From: an uncultured Clostridia bacterium
GTDB taxonomy: Bacteria; Bacillota; Clostridia; TANB77; CAG-508
Assembly: GCA_963558245.1 (NCBI GenBank)
Contig: CAUWGA010000002.1
Location: 35,838-67,837 of the forward strand
Length of the DNA stretch: 32,000 nt
Direction: 5' to 3'
In this document: positions 9,095-15,686 of the stretch, piece by piece
Layout: every line of letters begins with the position of its first letter
Numbering within the stretch: position 1 is the stretch's first letter
Program-made: the position numbers and the translations under genes
The notes under the pieces: model-generated
What the model was told of the DNA's origin: nothing
The model's input: the letters and a program-made list of their open reading frames with translations, nothing else
Databases searched by the model: none

Positions 9095-10978
9095 TTATCC
9101 TTCTTTATTCTCTTTCTTTTCCTTCTCCAAATTCCTATATGTTGGTACAACATCTGCGATAACATCTTTTATCTCGTCCTTTTGTTCGTTATTAGCTGTT
9201 TCCAACAAATGTGTCAACATATCTAATTTTTGTTGTATCATATCCATATCTATTTTACTTGGTTTTGCAATATGAATTTTATCGTGTTTTGTTTCACTTA
9301 GTCCTTCTTCTGCCATTAATATTTCTTCATATAGTTTTTCTCCAGGGCGTAATCCTGTTACTTTTATTTGAATATCTACATCAGGTTCTAGTCCAGATAG
9401 TTTTATTAGTTTTACTGCCATATCATATATTTTTACTGGTTCTCCCATATCAAGCACAAAGATTTCTCCACCTTTTGCTCCTGACATTGCTTGTAACACA
9501 AGTGATACCGCTTCTGGTATAGTCATAAAAAATCTTGTTATATCTTTATGTGTTACAGTTACTGGACCACCGTTAGCAATTTGCTTTTTAAATAGTGGTA
9601 CTACTGAACCATTGCTTCCTAATACATTTCCAAAACGTACTGCTGCATATTCTGTTTGGCTAACTTTGTTTTTAGCTTGTACTATTAATTCACACAGACG
9701 TTTTGTAGCTCCCATTATATTTGTTGGATTTACTGCTTTATCTGTTGAGATTAGTATAAATCTTTTTACTCCATACTCGTCTGCACAATTTACTACATTA
9801 TATGTTCCAAAAACATTATTTTTAATTGCTTCTAATGGACTTGTTTCCATTAATGGAACATGTTTGTGTGCTGCTGCATGGAATACTAAATATGGTTTAA
9901 ATTCTTCAAAAATTTCATTTAATCTGTGTTTTTCTCTTACACTTGCTACTATTGCATCTACTTCTATTTCCGGATAATTAAATTTTAATTCTTGTTCTAT
10001 ATCATATAAATTATTTTCGTATATATCTACTATCACTAATTTTTGTGGTTTAAATTGTATTATTTGTCTACATAGTTCTGAACCAATTGAACCTCCACCA
10101 CCAGTTACTAGTACTACTTTATCTTCTATTAATTTTCCTATATTTTTATTGTCTAATTTAATTGGATCTCTTCCAAGTAAGTCTTCTATCTGCACATCCC
10201 TAAAGTTTTGCATTAAAGGTTTGTCTTTTATTAAGTCTTTTGTTCCTGGCAATATACGCACTTTACATCCTGTTTCTTGGCATATTTCAAGTATTTTCTT
10301 TCTATCCTCTGGTGATATATTAGATATTGAGAAAAATATAACTTCTACATTGTTTTCTTTGCAAATTCTTGGTATATCATATCTTGTTCCAAGTATTTTA
10401 TTTCCTGATATTGCATAGTTTACTTTGTTTTCATTGTCATCTACAAGTCCGACTACATTATAAGTATTTGACATACTATTTTTTATTGTTGATAATAATA
10501 TTTTCGTTGCTTCTCCAGCACCTATTACTAATACATTTCTTTTGTTATCTTTTTGAAAGTCTTTATGACTATGTCCTTCATTTAATATTAATCTTAAAAA
10601 TACTCTATATCCTATTATAGTTGTTACTATTATTAATGATGCAATTAAGTTTGTTCTTTCGTCTACAATGTTAATTACACCAACAACATTAAAAAATACC
10701 ATTAGTGTACAAGAAATTAAACATGCAAGTACATATATTAAATAGTCGTTTCCATTCTCGTATCTTGTGATATTTTTATATGTTTTAAATATTTGTAAAA
10801 TTCCACCATAAATAATAATTGCAATTACAATTGTTGTTAATAGTCTTTTATTTACTTCTGGTTGTAATATTAATTGATTTCCTATTATAATTTGAGCTAC
10901 ATAGTAACTAATTATTATTACAACTATATCCATTATTCTTAAATAAACATTTCTATGTCTTTGTATAAACTTCATCAT
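9095..10978 (-). CDS. Membrane-anchored CapD/PglF-type UDP-N-acetylglucosamine 4,6-dehydratase (polysaccharide biosynthesis protein)
   Basis: 627 aa. About 4 N-terminal transmembrane segments and two Rossmann regions ('VLVIGAGEA' and 'VLVTGGGGSIGSEL'), plus 'VASVREKHRL', 'VFHAAAHKHVPLME' and 'FILISTDKAVNPTNIMGATKR'. First gene after the promoter. ATG 10978 or 10975 could be the start. Confidence 0.88.
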   Translation of the reverse strand: MMKFIQRHRNVYLRIMDIVVIIISYYVAQIIIGNQLILQPEVNKRLLTTIVIAIIIYGGILQIFKTYKNITRYENGNDYLIYVLACLISCTLMVFFNVVGVINIVDERTNLIASLIIVTTIIGYRVFLRLILNEGHSHKDFQKDNKRNVLVIGAGEATKILLSTIKNSMSNTYNVVGLVDDNENKVNYAISGNKILGTRYDIPRICKENNVEVIFFSISNISPEDRKKILEICQETGCKVRILPGTKDLIKDKPLMQNFRDVQIEDLLGRDPIKLDNKNIGKLIEDKVVLVTGGGGSIGSELCRQIIQFKPQKLVIVDIYENNLYDIEQELKFNYPEIEVDAIVASVREKHRLNEIFEEFKPYLVFHAAAHKHVPLMETSPLEAIKNNVFGTYNVVNCADEYGVKRFILISTDKAVNPTNIMGATKRLCELIVQAKNKVSQTEYAAVRFGNVLGSNGSVVPLFKKQIANGGPVTVTHKDITRFFMTIPEAVSLVLQAMSGAKGGEIFVLDMGEPVKIYDMAVKLIKLSGLEPDVDIQIKVTGLRPGEKLYEEILMAEEGLSETKHDKIHIAKPSKIDMDMIQQKLDMLTHLLETANNEQKDEIKDVIADVVPTYRNLEKEKKENKEG

Positions 10979-11001
10979 TTCTCCCCTTTTTTCTCCTTTC
11001 T

Positions 11002-11030
11002 ATTATAGACTTAATGGAATTTTTTAGCAA
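11002..11030 (-). promoter_or_regulatory. Sigma-A-type promoter of the polysaccharide operon
   Basis: Minus strand reads TTGCTA - 17 nt (aaaaattccattaagtc) - TATAAT, followed about 20 nt later by the AAAGGAG/GGGGAG Shine-Dalgarno and the start codon. Phased A-tracts (AAATAAAATAAAAggttAAATAAAAAAATAAAAAA, about 11035-11075) lie immediately upstream, like an UP element. Confidence 0.6.
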
Positions 11031-11095
11031 GTATTTTTTGTCATTTTTTATTTTTTTATTTAACCTTTTATTTTATTTGTATTTATAATTCTCAT

Positions 11096-11233
11096 TTTAA
11101 TAATAAATTATTGCTGAAATACTGCGTAAGCGACCAAACGAACGAAGCAAGTGCGATTGGAGCAATCTACATTTTATCTTTATTTTTCGTAGATTGCGAC
11201 ACACAAAGTATGAAACAATAATTTATTATTAAA
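11096..11233. repeat. Perfect 18-bp inverted repeats bracketing a 102-bp G+C-enriched core (function unknown)
   Basis: 11096-11113 TTTAATAATAAATTATTG is the exact reverse complement of 11216-11233 CAATAATTTATTATTAAA. The core (ctgcgtaagcgaccaaacgaacgaagcaagtgcgattggagc...) is visibly more G+C-rich than anything else intergenic here. It holds a nested perfect 9-bp inverted repeat (11162-11170 / 11189-11197). Confidence 0.7.
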
Positions 11234-11284
11234 CTTAGAATTGTAACTATATTTACTGTCTAACTATCTTTTATCGTTGAAATA

Positions 11285-12019
11285 CTAAATATTTATATTA
11301 TCAGGTATCAATATAAGTATTTTAAAAATATTATTATCTGTTTTTATATTTACTTCTCCATTGTATTTGTTTGCAATTTCTTGTATTATTTTTAGTCCAT
11401 GTCCATGTTTATTTTTATCTTTTTTGGTTGTTTTGAATTTTCCTTGTTGATTTATTTCTATATTGCTATAAAAATTCTCACATTTTATTATTATATAGTT
11501 TGTTCTTTTATATAAATACAAACTAATATTTTTATTTTCTTCATTTTTAGCTGTTTCTATACTATTATCTAATATGTTAGAAAAAATATCGCAAATATCT
11601 ATTTCTTCCATTTTTAGCAATATAGAGCTATCTATTTTAAATTCTATATTTATACCATATTTTTGTGCTTCTGCTACTTTTACTGATAATAAAACATTTA
11701 ATATGTCATTTTTACAGCATTTTATTGGTTTTATGTTTTTTATTTCCTCTTCAATTGTTTCTAGCATATTCATTCCTTTTGTAGTGTTTTCTTCAAACAT
11801 TGCATATGCTACTTGTATTTGATTTCTTATATTATGTTTTATTTTTGATATTTTTTCATTGTTTTCTTTTGCTAAATTATAGTATTTAGTAATTGCCTGT
11901 TCTTTATTTTTTTGAATTTCTATTTGTTCTTTTTCTTTTTTTAGTTCTTTTGCTTTTCTTATGTTTTTATATAAAAAATATATATTTAGTACGATACATA
12001 CTGTTAGTATATATTTCAT
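11285..12019 (-). CDS. Short single-TM GHKL histidine kinase of the LytTR-associated (AgrC/HPK10-like) type, with no recognisable sensor domain
   Basis: 244 aa. One N-terminal transmembrane helix (ILTVCIVLNIYFLY), a K/E-rich coiled linker, H-box-like 'KIKHNIRNQIQV', N-box 'FSNILDNSIETAK' and G-box 'KNKHGHGLKIIQEIANKYNG'. ATGA-type overlap with the response-regulator gene. Confidence 0.75.
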   Translation of the reverse strand: MKYILTVCIVLNIYFLYKNIRKAKELKKEKEQIEIQKNKEQAITKYYNLAKENNEKISKIKHNIRNQIQVAYAMFEENTTKGMNMLETIEEEIKNIKPIKCCKNDILNVLLSVKVAEAQKYGINIEFKIDSSILLKMEEIDICDIFSNILDNSIETAKNEENKNISLYLYKRTNYIIIKCENFYSNIEINQQGKFKTTKKDKNKHGHGLKIIQEIANKYNGEVNIKTDNNIFKILILIPDNINI

Positions 12020-12723
12020 ATACCTTCTCCTAAATATTTTATAAACATTTCTTTGGTTTGCTTATATTTAGCTTGGCTAACAGGTATTACTTCTCCAGAA
12101 TGTAGTATTACTTCATGCGAGTTTAGTTCTCTTACTTTTTCTAGATTTACTATATAACTTTGGTGGCAACGTACAAAATGTTTTGGTAGCTTTTTTGCGA
12201 TGTCATTTAGTTTGGTATAAATATTTCTGTTTATATCTTGTTCATGTATTGTTATTATTCTTTTGTTGCTTTCTATATATCTTATTTCATTTATCCTTAT
12301 ATTAAATATTTTTCCTTTGACAAAAAATGATTTTACATTTTCTTTTTTTCCTTTTTCCTTTATTGCTTTTTTTAATGATTTTTCCAAATTTTCTTTTTTA
12401 ATTGGTTTTAATAATAAATATGTAGGTTTGGTTCTAAAGATTTCTTCTGAATATTGGCTAAAGGCTGTCATATATATTACTTCCAGATTAGGATTTTCTG
12501 CTTGCATTTTTTCTGCTACTTCTATTCCGTTTGTTTGGTTTATTTTTATATCAATATATATAATGTCTATTTCTTGAAATATTCCTTTTTTATAGTCTTT
12601 TTCTATTTCAGTTATTTTTGTATATTTATAAATTTTTATATTTTCTTTCAAATAGTTTTTTATTATTTTTTCTACATAATCTACTATGATTTTTTCGTCA
12701 TCAAAAATTGCTATTTTTAACAT
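12016..12723 (-). CDS. LytTR-family (LytR/AlgR) response regulator
   Basis: 235 aa. Receiver domain ('IAIFDDE', 'IDIIYIDIKI' phospho-acceptor Asp, 'MTAFSQY', 'LLLKPI'). C-terminal LytTR DNA-binding domain ('IRYIESNKRIITIH', 'FVRCHQSYIVNLEKV'). Confidence 0.9.
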   Translation of the reverse strand: MLKIAIFDDEKIIVDYVEKIIKNYLKENIKIYKYTKITEIEKDYKKGIFQEIDIIYIDIKINQTNGIEVAEKMQAENPNLEVIYMTAFSQYSEEIFRTKPTYLLLKPIKKENLEKSLKKAIKEKGKKENVKSFFVKGKIFNIRINEIRYIESNKRIITIHEQDINRNIYTKLNDIAKKLPKHFVRCHQSYIVNLEKVRELNSHEVILHSGEVIPVSQAKYKQTKEMFIKYLGEGI

Positions 12724-12783
12724 AAAAAACTCCCCTTTATGTCATTTATTATATTTTAACATATATAGGGAGAGTGGTATCTT

Positions 12784-13297
12784 TTATTTGTTACATTTTG
12801 CTATTAAATTATTACATTTTTCGACTTTTGTATGTTGTTTAAAAATCGTCATTACAAGCATTACTAATAATATTCCTAAAATTACACCCATTGTATCTAT
12901 TAGTACGTCTGTAAGTAATGGTCCTCTACCTGGTACAAAAGCTTGATGTATTTCATCTGATGTAGCATAAATAATTCCTATTATTATACTTGTTGCAAAT
13001 TTCTTTATATTTTCCATTTTGTATGTATAACATAAAGACATTAGCAATATTCCGTATAACTGTATATATTGAAAAATGTGCTAATTTTCGTACTATACGT
13101 TCTATGTGTGATATTATTTCTCTTTTTTCGTTTTCATTTTTTTCTTGTATTGATTTTATATTATTAGTTATAATTTCAGTAACTTTTCTACTTATTCCTT
13201 TTGATTCTGTTGCATCTTGACTAGAAAAGCCAAATACTATACCAAATGTACTAAATAATAATATTATCAATATCGTTCTTATTATATTTAATTTCAT
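12784..13297 (-). pseudogene. VanZ-like membrane protein gene interrupted by a single-base frameshift (or a sequencing error)
   Basis: The 114-aa ORF ends its sensible part at '...RKLAHFSIYTVI'. The 87-aa ORF in another frame supplies the VanZ C-terminus 'SDEIHQAFVPGRGPLLTDVLIDTMG'. Deleting one base at about 13054 (minus strand gtt ata Cgg aat -> gtt ata gga ata ttg cta atg) joins them into one ~169-aa VanZ-like protein (...YTVIGILLMSLCYTYK...). Confidence 0.75.
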
Positions 13298-13380
13298 TGT
13301 TGATCTCCTTTAAATAATTCCGGTGCTAAGTAATTTTGATGTCGAAGAAAAAAATTATTTATCATATATTTTAAATGTCT

Positions 13381-13409
13381 AAAGCTAGTAAATAACTTTT
13401 ACTAGCTTT
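13381..13409. terminator. Terminator-like hairpin downstream of the LCP gene
   Basis: Perfect 12-bp stem aaagctagtaaa / tttactagcttt with a 5-nt loop. The T-run (attttcg) follows on the plus strand. On the minus (gene) strand it is preceded by gaaaat and followed by agacattt, so it is a weak or bidirectional terminator at best. Confidence 0.4.
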
Positions 13410-13485
13410 ATTTTCGCATTATATTTAAAAGTTTTTTATTTTTCATAAATGTTTTTTCCTCAGATTCCAAAATCAGCAAAATCAT

Positions 13486-14475
13486 TTATTTGCTATATCC
13501 TGTTTTTTGAATAATTTTATTGCTGATTTCTTTTACTATGTCTGATGGAATATAGTTTGGCTCTCCAAATGCTTCTTTGTGTAGTTGTATTACATTACTT
13601 TCTAATGTAATTGGTATTCCATACCATCTGTCCATTGTTTTTCCTTTTGTTTCATATGGCCATCCTGTGCTGTCCGTAATTTTATAACTTGCTATGCTTG
13701 GCATTAAAGCAAATATATCGCTTGCTGTAATGTTTGTATATACTTTTGGTAATATTTGGTCTACAAATTTGTTTAGTTGACTAACATTTAATGTTTTAAC
13801 TTTGTTTGCTGTTGCTGTTAAAACATCTCTCATTCTTTCTGTTCTTTTGTAGTCTCCTCCTGATGCATATCTAATTCTTGAATATGCTAATGCTTGTTCT
13901 CCCGTTAAAGTATATGTCCCTGCTTTATTGATTTCTGGTATATGGTTTACTTCTTCTTTTGTTATTGGCATACTGATTCCACCTACACAGTCTACAACTT
14001 CTTTTACTGTGTCAAAATTTACTGTTACAAATTCTTTTATATTTAAATCTAAATTTGTGTTTAACGTTTTTATTGCAAGAGGAGCTTCTCCATATGAGTA
14101 AGCATGTGTTATTTTATCTAATCCATGTCCTTCTATTTGAACATAAGTGTCTCTATATACTGATATTAATTTAACTTCTTTAGTTTTGTTATTTATGCTT
14201 GCAATTATTATACAGTCACTTCTGTTTCCTTTATCATAACTATCATTTCTTGAATCTACTCCAAATATTGCAATATTTCTGTATTCTGATAAATTTTCTT
14301 CTACTTGTGTTGATACGCTTAAGTCATCTTCATTTAAATCTATTTGTTGTATTTTTGATAATTTACTATGGATAAAAGCAAATGTTACTCCTACTATTGC
14401 TACTAACAAAATAACTAGGACTAATACTGTAATTCCAAATATTTTTAATCCACTTTTTTTCTCTTTTCTAGACAT
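13486..14475 (-). CDS. LCP (LytR-CpsA-Psr) family cell-wall glycopolymer ligase
   Basis: 329 aa. Short cytoplasmic tail, one transmembrane helix (IFGITVLVLVILLVAIVGVTFAF), then 'NIAIFGVDSRNDSYDKGNRSDCIIIASIN', 'LISVYRDTYV' and 'ALAYSRIRYASGGDYKRTERMRDVL', the LCP-domain signatures. Confidence 0.88.
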   Translation of the reverse strand: MSRKEKKSGLKIFGITVLVLVILLVAIVGVTFAFIHSKLSKIQQIDLNEDDLSVSTQVEENLSEYRNIAIFGVDSRNDSYDKGNRSDCIIIASINNKTKEVKLISVYRDTYVQIEGHGLDKITHAYSYGEAPLAIKTLNTNLDLNIKEFVTVNFDTVKEVVDCVGGISMPITKEEVNHIPEINKAGTYTLTGEQALAYSRIRYASGGDYKRTERMRDVLTATANKVKTLNVSQLNKFVDQILPKVYTNITASDIFALMPSIASYKITDSTGWPYETKGKTMDRWYGIPITLESNVIQLHKEAFGEPNYIPSDIVKEISNKIIQKTGYSK

Positions 14476-14579
14476 TTTTAGCTCCTTCTTATTTAGTTTG
14501 TCATTTTACAATTAATATTGTATTGTTTCAGTTTTATAATTTCAGTGCTATAGTTTTGATTCTATAATATTTTAGTTGC

Positions 14580-14608
14580 ATTTTATTGTAATTTTTTTCG
14601 TTTTGCAA
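14580..14608 (-). promoter_or_regulatory. Candidate sigma-A promoter for the LCP gene
   Basis: Minus strand: TTGCAA - 17 nt (aacgaaaaaaattacaa) - TAAAAT, directly after the upstream stop codon. It would give a ~100-nt leader. Confidence 0.4.
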
Positions 14609-14611
14609 ATA

Positions 14612-15490
14612 TTATTTTTGTAATTCTGTAACTAAGTTATTATATTGTTTTAATTTTGTTGTATCTTTAAATAATAATTGATCATTTTGTATTATCCATG
14701 ATGCTTTATTTTCACTTAAAAAGTTAATTATTTTGCTTACCTGTTCTATTTTTTCCATAGTGAATTTTTCAGCTTCTTCTAATTCTTTTATTGCTTCTTC
14801 TATAGTAGTTTCTGGATTGTTTTCTGCAACTAATTGTCTATATAATTCTTTGTAATATTCTCCTACATCTTTATTATCAATTGCAGTTTGGATCTTTTCC
14901 ATATTTCCTTTTTCTTTTATATCTGCTATATATTTAGATATTTTTTGTTTTGTTTCTTCTATTAAAGCTTTTGTTTTTATAAATTCTGGTCCATCTTCTT
15001 TTAAATTTTCTATTGAACCTATTTTTCCTATTTCTTCAATGTCTATTAAATTTTCTCCGTTTTGTACAGTAGTATATAAGTCGTTTATATAGTTTTTCAT
15101 TGTTTCTTCTACTACTGCATATCCACCTTTTGTTTTTATTTCCATGTCTACAGTAAGACTTTCTCTATTGTCTAGTTGTGCATTTTTTTGTCCTTCAGAT
15201 ATTTTTACTATTTCAGCTGTTAATGCTCCTAATTGGCTCATGTGAAATGAAATAAATGCTCCTATAGCCACTACTATAACTATTATAGCTATTATTATTC
15301 CTATTATCCATTTTTGGCTTTTTTTCTTTTTAGGGTTATTTTCTTTTTTGTCATTTTTCTTTTCTACTTTTTTAGTTTTTTCTGTTCCTTGAACATCGTT
15401 TTCGTTTCCTTTAACATTTTTTTCTTTTTCTACTACATTGTTGTCTTTTACACTTTCGTTTTTTTCTTCTTTCTTAATTTTTTCTTCCAT
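14612..15490 (-). CDS. Type-II membrane protein of unknown function (K/E/N-rich cytoplasmic tail, one transmembrane helix, ~200-aa helical extracytoplasmic domain)
   Basis: The ORF track gives 298 aa from 15508. The second ATG (15490, MEEKIKKEEK...) is preceded by AAAGGGGAA plus 6 nt and is the likelier start. Transmembrane helix 'WIIGIIIAIIVIVVAIGAFISF'. No motif I recognise. Confidence 0.6.
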   Translation of the reverse strand: MEEKIKKEEKNESVKDNNVVEKEKNVKGNENDVQGTEKTKKVEKKNDKKENNPKKKKSQKWIIGIIIAIIVIVVAIGAFISFHMSQLGALTAEIVKISEGQKNAQLDNRESLTVDMEIKTKGGYAVVEETMKNYINDLYTTVQNGENLIDIEEIGKIGSIENLKEDGPEFIKTKALIEETKQKISKYIADIKEKGNMEKIQTAIDNKDVGEYYKELYRQLVAENNPETTIEEAIKELEEAEKFTMEKIEQVSKIINFLSENKASWIIQNDQLLFKDTTKLKQYNNLVTELQK

Positions 15491-15526
15491 AAAAAATTCC
15501 CCTTTCATTGTGGTTTTAATATTTAA

Positions 15527-15555
15527 ATTATACTATTTAGATTTCCTTTTTACAA
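15527..15555 (-). promoter_or_regulatory. Candidate sigma-A promoter for the 14612..15490 gene
   Basis: Minus strand: TTGTAA - 17 nt (aaaggaaatctaaatag) - TATAAT, about 30 nt upstream of the Shine-Dalgarno. Confidence 0.5.
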
Positions 15556-15573
15556 GTTTTTTAATAAATTTTA

Positions 15574-15620
15574 CAAAAAAATAACAGATTATGAAATATT
15601 TATTTCAATACTCTGTTATT
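15574..15620 (-). terminator. Rho-independent terminator of argS
   Basis: Minus strand: AATAACAG-agtat-TGAAAT-aaat-ATTTCA-taat-CTGTTATT followed by TTTTTTG. An A-run precedes the stem. It lies about 65 nt after the argS stop. Confidence 0.6.
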
Positions 15621-15686
15621 TTAAATCAAGGATTTTTTACAATTACTTTCATTAGCTATTTTATATTGTTTCTATATATTTTATTG

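Noticed and set aside
11014-11088. 24-codon hydrophobic plus-strand ORF (MEFFSKYFLSFFIFLFNLLFYLYL) that might be a type-I toxin. Also a ~36-codon frame through the G+C-rich core (TTG 11111 ... KYCVSDQTNEASAIGAIYILSLFFVDCDTQSMKQ) that might be an AgrD-like peptide.
   Set aside because: Neither has a Shine-Dalgarno or a convincing promoter. The first is simply the T-rich antisense of the A-tract/UP region of the capsule promoter. The second needs a TTG start inside the inverted-repeat arm and has no AgrB or exporter partner nearby.
12724-12783. Possible anti-Shine-Dalgarno pairing (ACUCUCCCU with AGGGGAGU) and an extended -10 (TGTTAAAAT) upstream of the response-regulator gene.
   Set aside because: The candidate -10 lies between the two pairing partners, so a transcript from that promoter would lack the anti-Shine-Dalgarno. 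There is no -35 element, and the evidence is too thin to call either feature.
12784-13297. Two separate small genes (87 aa and 114 aa) as listed in the track.
   Set aside because: Together they make the two halves of one VanZ-like protein, separated by a single-base frameshift. I treated them as one pseudogene or an assembly error.
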